Positions 39,592 through 51,223 of a stretch of 64,000 bases of DNA are shown here, in pieces. The notes under the pieces were generated by a model that was not told the DNA's origin, did no database searches, and saw nothing but the letters and a program-made list of their open reading frames with translations. Position 1 is the stretch's first letter. The number at the start of each line of letters is the position of its first letter. Source of the DNA: Xylographa opegraphella (lineage: Eukaryota). The stretch spans positions 124,001 to 188,000 of the forward strand of contig JALDZX010000031.1 in the NCBI GenBank assembly GCA_022813865.1. Reading direction: 5' to 3'. A program made the translations under genes and the position numbers.

Positions 39592-41514
39592 ATGGGTTTC
39601 ATCAGAGACTGTTTTTCAATGTCAGTGGTCGTCCCATCTAAGACTAAGCAGAAAAGATTGCAGGCGTCGTACACGCTGTGTTCCAGAAGACACCCAAGGA
39701 TTTATGTAGAGTATTTAGATGAGAAAGGAGCGGTGATCCGCGATGTGAAGCCAGTTACGCCGCCAGTCACAGGCGTACCTCAGAAGCCGGAGGATGCCAA
39801 GTCTAAAGCCCCAGCCCCAACAGATACTAAGAAGAAGGGTCCAGCAGGGCCATACACTTCCCAGGACGCCAGCACGCAGACTGATTTTTTCTGGTGTGCT
39901 CTTCCGACAAAGCTATGCACAGAACTTCAGACGCAGTCGACAAAGAAGCAGTCAAAAGAGAAGGACTCGAGAGCGGTTGCACAAGAAACACACAATCCAG
40001 CCAGACATGGCGTAGAGTTGAAGCCAAAACAGCCCAAGAGTAGCAAATCCGAGGCAGATGTACTGGCTATTATCGAGGAGGCCGCACGGGGTAAATCTAG
40101 TACAAGCAAGGAGTCTAAAGCAGAAGAGGGTTTGGCGAAAGTGGGAAAAACAAACAAGAAGTCCGAGAAGAAGGAAACAGAGAAAAGACAGCCAGATAAG
40201 CACCAAAAGGATACGAAGCAGCCACCAAATAAGCAACAGCCAGAGAAGAAGCAGCCTTTGAAAGCACAATCGGGAAAGAAAGAGCCAGACAAGCAGCGTG
40301 CTAACCCAACCCCATTGAAGCAAGTTCGCTTCACACATTTACCTCGATTCCGTGACCCGTATCGCCACTCCGCAAGTTCTTCCTCTTCATCAGCCTCTGA
40401 CGAAAGCAACACCGATCTTCAATTTGCCGCTTCCATGGCTCAGGCTGCATCACCTGGCCATGTCCGTCAATTGCAAGAGCCTAAGTTCCATGGCACTCCT
40501 GCTCAAGAGGCGAGAAACCAGGAGCAAAGGCGTGAGAACGACATGATTCGACGTTCTGTAGATCGCGCAGATAACTTGGAAAGGGTGCGCAAGATGGATG
40601 AAGAAGCCGCAGCAGAAAGGGCAGATGAGACCGCTGCTCAGCAATGGCTTCATGAGAGAAACGCAGAATCTTCGCAAGCTGCTGCAGCTTGGCTAGGGGA
40701 TAGACAAGCGGCAAGGAGCCAGAGAAAAAGGATGAATCCTGACAGTAAACAAGATCAAATGGAGCTGAGACTGGCAGATGAACAGGAAGCCGCAAGATGG
40801 GTTGAACGGAGAGCCAAGGAAAGATATGGAAATCTAGCAGATCTCAATATCGGGCGAGCTGAAACCGAGAGCCCACATCATCAAGACCTCAATGCCGAAG
40901 GGTGTCTGAAATCCCCAAGTTCTGAAGAAGCTGCGTGGGATTCGACTCGCAATGCTAACTGGACGACACCAAGCGAATGGGCCAATCTGTCACGACCCCA
41001 GAAAGAGGCTCCTTCGGTATCTGCTCCAAGGATCTGGGAAGATATGGAGAACAGCGCCGAAAGCCAAGTAAGGCGTGTATCCTTCGCGTCTCCTCATCTA
41101 ACAGCTAATTCTGATCCCAAGGCAACTACCGAAAAGAGCTTCCTCAATGAAATGGACCTGAATACAAACCACATTCCTCAATATCGAAGGCACTCAGGAC
41201 CCGACGTAGCTCAGGCGCTTCCATTGTATAAGCCACATAGTAAGCGCAGATCGGCCTATGAGTCCCTTCCTGAACCGCTCTTCGTCATAAATCCGAGCAG
41301 GGCCGCTTCACAGTCGACCCAAAAATCTTCAAATAGGACTAGATCGGCACCCGTCGTTAAACAGCGGTATGAAATGAGCGGCGCTCTGCACGAGAGTGAG
41401 GCGCGTGCAGATACTGGAAAGAAGAATAAGAAGAAAGTTCATTATGAGGGCCCGAGCGTTAACAGTGCGGACAGCGATGAAGACTCCAATTCGGATATGC
41501 TCTGGGTGGAATAA
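39592..41514 (+). CDS. Hypothetical low-complexity (K/Q/E/S-rich) protein
   Basis: Uninterrupted 640-codon ORF with no recognisable domain. Confidence 0.7.
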   Translation: MGFIRDCFSMSVVVPSKTKQKRLQASYTLCSRRHPRIYVEYLDEKGAVIRDVKPVTPPVTGVPQKPEDAKSKAPAPTDTKKKGPAGPYTSQDASTQTDFFWCALPTKLCTELQTQSTKKQSKEKDSRAVAQETHNPARHGVELKPKQPKSSKSEADVLAIIEEAARGKSSTSKESKAEEGLAKVGKTNKKSEKKETEKRQPDKHQKDTKQPPNKQQPEKKQPLKAQSGKKEPDKQRANPTPLKQVRFTHLPRFRDPYRHSASSSSSSASDESNTDLQFAASMAQAASPGHVRQLQEPKFHGTPAQEARNQEQRRENDMIRRSVDRADNLERVRKMDEEAAAERADETAAQQWLHERNAESSQAAAAWLGDRQAARSQRKRMNPDSKQDQMELRLADEQEAARWVERRAKERYGNLADLNIGRAETESPHHQDLNAEGCLKSPSSEEAAWDSTRNANWTTPSEWANLSRPQKEAPSVSAPRIWEDMENSAESQVRRVSFASPHLTANSDPKATTEKSFLNEMDLNTNHIPQYRRHSGPDVAQALPLYKPHSKRRSAYESLPEPLFVINPSRAASQSTQKSSNRTRSAPVVKQRYEMSGALHESEARADTGKKNKKKVHYEGPSVNSADSDEDSNSDMLWVE

Positions 41515-41706
41515 CATATTCCTCCACAGCGAAATGATGCGATCCGCATTCCTTGAGGCATTTAGGGAGGGCCCTCTGGCTAACACATGTACCAGTACTG
41601 ACTCACCTCAAATATGGTGACGAGAGCTTTAGGAGTACCTCTCACCATTTCCAGCAGATATCTTTTAAATCTCCCAAGCTCAACGTTATCAGCCAGGTAA
41701 GACCCA

Positions 41707-42713
41707 CTAATCTCCGCCTGTTCTGGCCCTCTTCAATTTGCGCTCTGGACAGTCCTTCTTCCCGTGTCCCTTCTTACCACACACAAAACACTCCTTGTTG
41801 GCAAAACTGCCTCCTGCTGACCACGCACCACCACCTCCCGATATCGAGGACAGCTTGTTAAGCTTTATCTCCCTGGATTTCCTCCGATCCGCTAACATCT
41901 TTGCCTCAGCTTTCTTTTCTCTCCTTTGCGCTTTTCTCTCCGCTTTGGCACGTTCAGCTACCTCCAACTTCGACTCCCGGATCAGTTGTTTCATCCCAGC
42001 AGGTTCATTATTGCTATCATCGCTATTACCATCATCAACGTTATTGCCATTGCTATCAACATTTAAGTCACCATTGCTAGACTCATTAGAGGATGACGAC
42101 TCGGCATTGGGGTTTTGGCGCTTCTAGATATAGCACATCATTAGCTTCGCATTCCATCTGTACAAGAGCTGCTAGCATTCTGATATTCTAGTCTACTGAC
42201 CTCGAGCGCCCTGTTGAACTTCCCAAAGCTCCGCCTTCCCACCATGGCCGGTCGCCACGGCTCATCTTCATGCCTTTGTAATGCATCAATGCCTTCATAG
42301 CCCTTCTTATCTATTCTGAACGCCTCTTTCCTCTCTGCTCGTTCCTCCTTCTGAAAGCTAAGCACCCATTTCGTCTCCCCCGCTTCCGCCTGCTGTCTCG
42401 CTAGCGCCTCGGCTCTCTTCGCTTCTTCGGCGGCCAACGCCGCCTGGATGGCCAGCACATCAGAAGACGGGGTTACGGGCGAAGAGTCGTTGCGCTTCTG
42501 GCGTTTGGCGGACGTAGAGTCAGATGTGGTGGAGCTGACACTGGAGGCGGCGGCGCGTTGCATGAACTGCGTGGAGTTAGCACATAGCTTAGACAAGGGA
42601 GTGGAGGGCGTGAAAAGTGAAGGATGTACCTTCATCGCCATGAGACGGGAGGATAGCGTTTTGGGAGGCTTGCCCGTGGGCGCGGAGGTGGTGGGTGTTG
42701 AGGTGGAAGCCAT
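41707..42713 (-). CDS. MPP6-like exosome-associated protein with C-terminal CCHC zinc knuckle (3 exons)
   Basis: LSSRLMAMK/FMQR after splicing, ETKWVL and GRRSFGKFN resemble MPP6-family motifs; C-terminal CFVCGKKGHGKKDC. Confidence 0.7.
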
Positions 42714-43203
42714 TGTGCTGTGAGAGGAGTGTAAGTCGGGAGCAGCGCAACTTATGCTGGTTCTATGAGCGAGAGTTCACTACGTGAGGTGGCTGGAGGG
42801 AATTCGATTCGGGGATCCCGCGGTCATTGTTGTGGAGGGGTTTGTGTAGAGGAGCTGTTGCGAATAACTGAAAACGAATTTGCGACGTGAGGAAGTTCAA
42901 AACGAGGGGTGAGGCAAAAGTTGCCGCGCCAAGAAATGGATTAGGTGCTGACCCGTGAGAAGTCTTCCTTTGGGGCTTGAATTAGGGGTCAACTTCAACT
43001 AGCCCTTGAACTTCACTTGATGGATAAGCTAAACACTGCCTAAACATGCCCGTCGAGTGCGAGGGCTACCTCCCTAAAGCAATCTTAGCAGTTCTTACAT
43101 GTCGGAGATGTTCAGTCGATAGCTGCACTTAAGCTTGCTACATATCACTGTTCACGCTCCAGAGGCCAAACTGCTTGGATTTCCACTAGAGACAGCAATC
43201 ACA

Positions 43204-43973
43204 ATGATCATTTCGGTCCGCGGTTTCCCTACTCTTCTCTTCCGCCGTGTTCCTGTCTCCGTCCACCGCGCATACTCCACCGCTACATCATATTCCGATA
43301 GAGTCCCCACCAACGACCCCAACCCTCCGAAACCAGCTCAGAATGTGTCTGAAACCAATGCTACACCTATGGAGGAGTGGAAGCGTGATGCGGATATGGT
43401 AGAGTCTACCGAGGATGCAGAAAAACAGCGTACAATGCAAGCGCCCAATCGGGCGAAGGTCTGGAGTCGGAGTCAAGCGCCACGGGAATTGGCGATGAGT
43501 GGGCCAAGGTTCGAGCAGACAATTATGGAATACCAGGTCAGTGGAACCTCGTGCTGCAGGTTCTGTGACCAGAGCAAAAGCTATCACTGTTTCGGTTCTG
43601 ACAGATTGTGGCGACAGCCTCAACCTCTGGCAGCGATAGATCTGATCCACAAACAGCCTGTCCGCTGGACAAGCAGCCATATAGTCTCCTGCGATGGAGG
43701 TGGAGGACCATTGGGTCATCCAAAGATTTTCATCAATGTGGATAAGCCACAAATCAACTGGTGCACCTATTGCGGACTACCATTCGTGAGTATCTTGAAT
43801 CTCCGACGGGGTCCTGAAGTTCGATCTAACTGTATGGGAAGGCTCATAAACATCACCGCAAGTTCCTCGAAAGTCTACCTCGCACAGAATATCCATTGAC
43901 ACCCACAAATGATCCAGCAGAAGTCAACGAGCAACAGCGAGTACAACCGAACGACCCCTTTGGCCAAAGGTGA
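43204..43973 (+). CDS. NDUFS6: NADH:ubiquinone oxidoreductase zinc-finger subunit (NDUFS6/NUMM) (3 exons)
   Basis: Mitochondrial presequence, QAPNRAKVWSRSQ, GPRFEQT, CDGGGGPLGHPKIFINVDK..CTYCGLPF. Confidence 0.93.
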
Positions 43974-44113
43974 CGTGAAGTACCTAGAATTTGCGGTTCA
44001 TAGGTACACCTATAACTAGAACAGTATACATGATGATTGGTGTATATTGTATTTACTTTACAACTAGGAGTACTACTTCAGTTGCACTGAGACCGAATTC
44101 CTGATGTAACGTC

Positions 44114-45070
44114 CTATATTTCCGCAATCCGTAATGCTCGGATCCACGAATCGGCATATTCTGCTTCTGCTAACCATTCTGCCCGCCTTTGCTCTTTGCT
44201 TTGCTGTTTTGCTTGTAAATCTGCTCTCTCCTGGTTCCATAACCGCAAAGTCTGCTCATACTCTTCCCTCTTTCCATACCTATCAAGAACTTCCTCAAAT
44301 ACACTTTCCCGTGTCAACTCTGCTACCTCGCGTAGCTCCTCTATGCCCACCCGTTGCGGCAACCAATCGTCCACAAATTGCTGATACAGCGGCCTCTTGC
44401 CCATCCTCTTCCGATCATTCGATTTTAGCTCCTCCCTCAAATACCTGTCCTTTCTGAAGAATCGCGTACTAGTCGCATACTCGTACAGCTCGTTCATGGT
44501 CGCGAACTGTCTCCAGTATTTCTGTACGTCTAAGCCCATCAGTTCAAGCACGGATGTTGGGTTGGACGTCAAGAAGAGCATGCTCTTCTTCCGGTCCAAG
44601 TGCTCGATCTCAGCTATGCGGAGGTTCAGACCGACGTTGTTGGCCGTGAGGCCGAATCCGCGCAGTGATGTCCCCAGCAGATTCCACAGGTCGCCATGGG
44701 AGGCCATGAAGAGCTCCCAATGGAAGGTGGATGTAGGGCAGACATGGATATCGAGCTGTATATATTCGTCCGCACGATCAGGGAATGGGATAGCAAAGCT
44801 GCTGGACGGGCTTCCTGATGTTGACACCGAAGTCTTGGCGTTTAGGGCTTGAGAAATTGATTGGGTTGTTGTCGTTGAATGAGGTTCGGAAACCAGGATG
44901 TCTATGTCCCCGTGGGAGGTCTTCTCTGGGACTTCGATCGGTGATGCTACAGTCTGGTAGAATGTTGAGAGTAGGCAGGTGTACTTGTCACGGAGAAGAA
45001 CGTAGACTTCGTGGGGAATGCGTGGGGTGCACAACGAGTGCGGTGGATGTGCAAACGCATTACCTCCCAT
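44114..45070 (-). CDS. Uncharacterised Pol-beta/PolX-superfamily nucleotidyltransferase-like protein (MGGNAF-start), intronless
   Basis: Single exon from ATG 45070: MGGNAF, PEKTSHGDIDILV (DxD), YIQLDIHV (third Asp), SHGDLWNLLG, GLTANNVGL, VLELMGL. Confidence 0.75.
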   Translation of the reverse strand: MGGNAFAHPPHSLCTPRIPHEVYVLLRDKYTCLLSTFYQTVASPIEVPEKTSHGDIDILVSEPHSTTTTQSISQALNAKTSVSTSGSPSSSFAIPFPDRADEYIQLDIHVCPTSTFHWELFMASHGDLWNLLGTSLRGFGLTANNVGLNLRIAEIEHLDRKKSMLFLTSNPTSVLELMGLDVQKYWRQFATMNELYEYATSTRFFRKDRYLREELKSNDRKRMGKRPLYQQFVDDWLPQRVGIEELREVAELTRESVFEEVLDRYGKREEYEQTLRLWNQERADLQAKQQSKEQRRAEWLAEAEYADSWIRALRIAEI

Positions 45071-45579
45071 GAGGTCCGGATTTGTGTGTACAGACAAGTA
45101 GAGAATACACAGTCTCTGTGGGTGATTTGATCAATACATGGTTCTGGTTCTTGGTCCACGTCGTTCATGTTAGCAGACTTACAGTGTTACTGTGACTAAA
45201 GTACGGTTGTTCTCGCTTAAGCTCGGAGATAAGATACAAAATACTTATCTCGACTTTGTGCTAGATGCGCCTCACCTGATTCCTCAGGCGCGAGTGGCCA
45301 AGCGAGGTCGACGCTACTTTGATAAAGGTGCACAGGGAGGAAGATTCATCTGGGCCTCTCTGTCATTCGAACCGTGTCCTCACATTCTATCTGCTTTGTA
45401 GTATTCGGTGCCAACAATACCGATCTGTTCTTGGCAGACTTGCATGCTGAGCCGTAACGCGTAATAATTATTTTTCATCTGTCTCGCTGCGGACTTTTTG
45501 GAACCGGAGGGTCAGTCCATTCCCCCAACTTAGCATTCTCCATTTCTAGGTAAACGATCGAACATATGAGTGGCTTCTC

Positions 45580-45850
45580 GAGCAAGGATCCAGTCCCGGA
45601 GGATCGAGATCTGGGATAAAAGGTGCCGCATCCTGGAGATCGCAGATTTTGTATGGCTGAAATTTCACATTGATTCTCTGCAAAGACTAGCTTTCACATT
45701 CGCAGAAAGACAGAACGACGCAGCCAACAGACAAGCTCGCAGCAGGGCTTAGTGTGAGTTCACAGCAGACGTGGCTCAGCACAATCTGCTCCAATGAGTC
45801 AGGAGATCTGCAGAGATAGAATAACAAAACTGGGTGCTTTCTGCCGACGT
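45580..45850 (+). pseudogene. Possible degenerate NACHT/NLR fragment
   Basis: Across frameshifts reads FVWLKFHIDSL..KLAAGL..QTW..I..WVLSA, resembling the post-NACHT region of fungal NLRs. The resemblance is weak and judged by eye. Confidence 0.2.
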
Positions 45851-48800
45851 CGTTCGGAAGAATAAATAGTCAGCACCTAAAAAACCAGGGCGAGCTCGAA
45901 TTTGTGTATGCTTGTCATTTGACGAATTCAAGACACCGTGGGGTCCGACTGACTAGACGAACCATGACTGAGAGGTCAGATGGACAGCCAGCACAGAATC
46001 GATTATACAGTGTAATTCGCACATCCCTCCACCCTCCTGTTGTGCATAATTCACCAGTTGTTTCCCTCATTCTTTGATTTGCTGCATGAGTATCATGCAC
46101 ATGCGCGAACAGGTGTCAGCCGCGGGCGACTCGAGCTGCGTTGAGAATCTGCAGTAGAAGGGCAGCTGCAGCCGCCTTGTGCTGGAGGTGGGAACGGAAA
46201 GTCAAGGCGAATCAGGAGAAGGGATGCTGGGACGGGGCATTGTGTGATGGTCACCAGCCCTCATGAATAGGGTCCGCCGTCGTGCATTGGGCGCGTTCTA
46301 GATGTTTGAAAGACTTGAGCTTGAAGTGTACTATTCATTGCTGATGGTGCGAAGTACGCTGGCGAATAGGTGCTTCTAGGAAAGTTGAATGAGCATTTGG
46401 CAATTCTGGGGAACCTTCCATTACTTCTTGCTCCCGTCTGGGTGTCGTGTCGAATCTTAACAGGTCGATGATCTCAGGTGATGGAAGTTACCGGATGAGA
46501 ATCCTGCAGTGCGGGCGCAGCGTTGATGGAGCTTGTTCAGATCTCCTGGGAAATCACCCTTTCCTGCCATCGGGATTAACTGATGGGCTGCTACAAACGC
46601 CACCAGGCTCTCTCATTTGTCTGAATTCCCCGATACATGCGAGCCGCAGCATCGCTTGCGCACTAAGTGCTTCTCCGAAGCACTACTGCTGTGTGCATAC
46701 ATCGGACGGAGTGGCCCGGGGAACTGGCGGTGATCAAGTCGGTGTGCACTCTCGCACCGCTCCTGCCACTAGGATATTACTAGGCGGTCCTGATTTACCG
46801 AGTCTCAACCACACCCACATGCTCCCACTGGCACAGTGACTGCAATGTTTTGTCGAGACCAGTTCATCAGTTGTGAGTCGAGGCTGAGACAACAGTCAGC
46901 CATCCACACTTCTTGACTTCAATAGTTAGGATAACTTGGTAGCGAAAGTTTGTAGCTCGTTCCTTAGCGAAAGGGTTATCAACCGAGAAGAATCTGGTTT
47001 TGATTGCAAACGACTACGAAGTATATTTTCATGCGTCCCCTCATGGGCCCGGACGTGCGTACATTTGTGTTCTAGAGCTCTCGGAATTCCTGCATTGCTT
47101 GCTGACGAAAAGAGGAAAGGAATGGCTCTGCTGCGAGACGGTACCATTCTTGCGTGGGAGTCCTCATGCTTGCACAGATTATTCCCATTCGATGAGTGCA
47201 GTATTACTTAATCTTGATCATCCATGTCTTGTCCGAAACTCTAGAAATTTGTTTGTCTACTCCCATACATTGCAGTATTTGGAGTCAGGGCACTTGCGGT
47301 ATTGAAGAAATTTCTACATCATGAGAGTATCTACTGTTGAAGGGAAGTACATTGCTATGCTTAATTATGTGATTCAAGATGCTGTCAATGTTTGTCAAGA
47401 GATCTCTATACTCCTCGAATGCGGTACATCAGATTTGCCCCAGTTTTAGGAAGACAAGTGGAAGGACCTCACGCTCGCTGATTCATTTGAGCACAGAGTC
47501 TGAAACATATGTTGTACTTGCGTGCTTCGATTTCTTGCTCGGAACCACACGCTTGCAAATACTCTAGTAGAGCAAAGTATAGGCCGCAGAGCTGAGATGA
47601 TCTGTCACGTTGGATGTGCAAGTAGCTAGGCGGAGTAGTTACTCATGAGAAATCAAGTGTGAAAATGATCATTTGATGTATTTTGCCACTGTATCTATAT
47701 GTCTTCCAAACCACAAACCACACCCCATAAGACAACTACACTATTAAAAACTATGTGACTACATACTGGTGTATGGTTTACGGAATACTACCTAGCGGTA
47801 TGGCTCGTCCGAGGTGTTTTCACTGGTTGCTTGTGCCCGCCTCATAATCCGTTTAATTTATCTACGAACAGACAGGTGTAAAGATGAAAACTGTGCTTGC
47901 ATTGAGTAATAACTCCTCTCCGGATAGATAATGCTCCGCTTTGGACCCGAGACGCAAGACTGGCGAGAACTGATCGAACCATGCCTCCTCTCCTCCGAGA
48001 CAATTCCAGGCACACAGCCGAGGCTTCCAGTTCCTCCGTACCCGACGACGGACCGGGTTCTGCCTTTGAGTCATACAACGGAGTGCCCGGGGGGCGGAGT
48101 GGATTTCCTGAGAGCGGCGGTCTATCTATAAACATCGAAACAGCTGGAATTGTGGAGATGATGGCGATTCTGACGTACGTACTTTGATATAGTCTATACA
48201 GAGCAAGGGGACCCAGTCCGATTGGTTGTCGTTGCAGATCCAATCAGAGGATAAAGCATCTGGGTGGTGTGTCGTGACCCTTGTGTAGGCATGCAGAGTT
48301 TGGTTCTGCAATCCACGCTTATGCAGGCCAAATCATTGGCTACGACAAGCGCAAGGCGAATTTATGGTGATTGCGCAGTCGGACGTACGAGCTGCAAGCC
48401 TGCGTCGTGGGCTCGATGACGAGCCTTATGGCGGACTTTTTTATAAAGACCCCGTTCCAGCCGCTCCACCACACGCACGATCCGGGATGAGGCTCTTTGC
48501 GGCTGAAAGATCTATGGACCATTTCCAGAATACACTTCCGAGATGACACTGTCGACGAGGTGAGCCATGCGGCTCGCCATTCATTCCCTAATTGTCCAGC
48601 TTCCTTTGTTGCGGTTTCAACACGACGCGAACTACGGGAGCATTAGGCAGCTGGCTAACGTGGACTGATACGTAACCTATCAACGCTTGTGAAAGTGGCG
48701 GCAGCTTACCTTACCTTATAAAGATGGGCTTTGGACTGCTCAAGCTGCGAGCGTAGCCGCGTTCGATCACTCTTTGAGCTTTGGTGTACCACTTAGGCCA

Positions 48801-48973
48801 CCAGCTTGTCACACACGCCGGGGGAGGCTTTTTCAGTGAATGCATCCTGCTTTCGCAGAAATCCTTCGAGCTCACTTGCCACTGGCCGCCTAAGGTCCTT
48901 TTAAGTACCCGGAAGTCCCCAGAACGATCTCGAGCAGGCTCAAGCATCTGCTCAGAGGTACAAGCCCACCGAG

Positions 48974-50770
48974 ATGTCTTTCGGCAAGTCTTTCAATTCG
49001 TTGCCAACCCTCACGCCGGCAAGCAACAACGGAACGACTAGCATTACTCAGCTCCCTGCAAACATTCTGGAAGCTTTCATTCCAGGCTACTCGATAATCT
49101 CCCGCTTTCTGCTTGAGGTGCTCGGTTTTGATATTACTGTGGCGGTCTCAATTTGTTTTCTTATCTTCGGACTGGTGACCTCGATCAAATACCTCTGGAA
49201 CCATGCCTACGATTATTTCAAGGTTTATTTCATGAGTTTCATCAGTATTGAGTCAGACGATGACATCTATGAGCACGTGATGGACTGGTTGGGAGAGCAG
49301 CAGGTGTCCCAGAAATCACAGTCCCTGATGGCTAGGACTGGGCATTACTCGTGGGATGCGGACAATGTGGATGACATTCAGGATGCGGACAGGGGCGATG
49401 GCACGCTACTTAATTTCAGTAACTGGGATGCGAAGATCCCTCCAAAATTCCAGCCATATTTTGGGAAACATCGATTCTGGCATGAGGGGAGGTATTTCGA
49501 ATTGAAGCGAGAGACCAAGCAGATGATGGTGACTTCGGGCTGGGGCGGGAACATGTTGAAGGACGAGGAGACCATCAGGCTGACGTGCGTTGGACGATCT
49601 ACGCAACCCATCAAAAATCTTATCAAAGAATGTCAAGATCGATATTTCGACAAGAAATCATCAAGAACTATTGTTAGGAGGCCAGCTACAAAAGAGCTAC
49701 GCTCGAGAGGCCGAAATCCTTGGACCAAGGTGGCAACAAGACCCTCAAGACCTATGGATACTGTGGTTCTGGAGCATGATCAAAAAGAACAGGTCTTGGC
49801 CGACATTAACGAGTACCTCCACCCAGCATCCCCCCGATGGTATGCGAATCGTGGTATTCCATACCGCAGAGGCTATCTATTTTATGGACCACCGGGCACT
49901 GGAAAAACGTCTCTTTCCTTTGCCATTGCCGGAGTATTTGGGCTCGACATCTATTGTATTTCGCTTCTGGAACCAACCTTGACGGAAGAAGATCTTGGCC
50001 TCCTTTTTAATAACCTTCCGCGCAGATGTGTCGTTCTCCTGGAGGACATCGATAGTGCCGGTCTGGTACGACGCGATGAGATTTCGGAAGTTGTTGAGAA
50101 CAACGCGAAAGATGTGGAAGATCACAGCGCAAATATTGGACATGAAATCGCAAAAGCGGTTCAGAAGTCAATTCAGAAAGAAAGCGACAAGAACAAGAAC
50201 AACCAACAAGGCATCTCTCTTTCTGGTCTTCTTAATGCAATCGACGGTGTAGCTTCTCATGAGGGCCGAGTGCTTGTCATGACGACCAACTATCCCGACA
50301 AACTCGATGACGCGCTAATTCGCCCTGGTAGAGTGGATATGAAAGTGGCGTTTCGGATGGCGAGCCGATCGCAGATCCGCAAGCTGTTTGTCCGCATGTA
50401 TTCCGCCGACACAATCAAACCGGGCTCCAAACTTACCAATGGGTATGCTCATACCGCACATAACAATTTGACGTCAATTCAACCAAATGTTATGGCAAGG
50501 ATGAGAAACAGCAGTATCAAGGCTCCTAATGACATCGTCACTCCACCCTTGACACCACGCGAGAAGGTCGACTCCGGGTCAGACCTCAAAGACATTGCTG
50601 CCAAGTTTGCAGACCTGCTGGAAGAGGAGACTTTTACGCCGGCCGAGATCCAAGGGTTTTTGCTCACGAGGAAGAAGGAGCCCAAGCGGGCGTTAGAGGA
50701 GGTGGCAGAATGGCGAGACAAGACTTTGGAAGCAAAAGCCGCAAAAGCGAAATCGGGAACTATCGGATGA
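48974..50770 (+). CDS. BCS1-like AAA+ ATPase
   Basis: N-terminal TM + BCS1_N region, WYANRGIPYRRGYLFYGPPGTGKTS (Walker A), LLEDID (Walker B), ISLSGLLNAIDGV, MTTN, LDDALIRPGRVD, FTPAEIQGFLL. Confidence 0.93.
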   Translation: MSFGKSFNSLPTLTPASNNGTTSITQLPANILEAFIPGYSIISRFLLEVLGFDITVAVSICFLIFGLVTSIKYLWNHAYDYFKVYFMSFISIESDDDIYEHVMDWLGEQQVSQKSQSLMARTGHYSWDADNVDDIQDADRGDGTLLNFSNWDAKIPPKFQPYFGKHRFWHEGRYFELKRETKQMMVTSGWGGNMLKDEETIRLTCVGRSTQPIKNLIKECQDRYFDKKSSRTIVRRPATKELRSRGRNPWTKVATRPSRPMDTVVLEHDQKEQVLADINEYLHPASPRWYANRGIPYRRGYLFYGPPGTGKTSLSFAIAGVFGLDIYCISLLEPTLTEEDLGLLFNNLPRRCVVLLEDIDSAGLVRRDEISEVVENNAKDVEDHSANIGHEIAKAVQKSIQKESDKNKNNQQGISLSGLLNAIDGVASHEGRVLVMTTNYPDKLDDALIRPGRVDMKVAFRMASRSQIRKLFVRMYSADTIKPGSKLTNGYAHTAHNNLTSIQPNVMARMRNSSIKAPNDIVTPPLTPREKVDSGSDLKDIAAKFADLLEEETFTPAEIQGFLLTRKKEPKRALEEVAEWRDKTLEAKAAKAKSGTIG

Positions 50771-51223
50771 GGCGCAAGCCAACGGCGTTGGATTAATTGA
50801 TCCTATAAGATATGAGATAATGCCGTTCATGATGCTACGAAGGTTGTTCTTGAGGTGGACCCAAAAGACCAACTGCTGGCGGTACTACTCTCAGAGCAAG
50901 GGTCCTATTGGACTGTGCATGTAATCGGCGTGGGTTTTGCTAATCCGGCATCATTGGTATATTTATAAAATTAGGGCGGGATTATCTTGTACCGTGGTAC
51001 GGAGCGTAGCTAATTAGGATCTCACAAAAGTCTGCAATTATGTTCAGTTTAAATGATATCTTTCTTGCCCGTTTCCCGATCTAAATACAGAATGTTTGTA
51101 GCCGGACAAGATGAAGTGCCGAAGGAGGTAGTCTCAACGACTTTTATTATCCTGCGTGTGGGAAGCTGGCACGACGGAAGCGCTCATTGAAGATTTGGCT
51201 CAGACCCGACAGTCCGGAGACGA

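Noticed and set aside
44030..44108. Box C/D snoRNA-like arrangement (ATGATGA...CTGA with a short terminal stem)
   Set aside because: It lies in the 140-bp gap between two convergent stop codons; the stem is short and I could not establish a guide of 10 nt or more. Likely chance, though a snoscan run would settle it.
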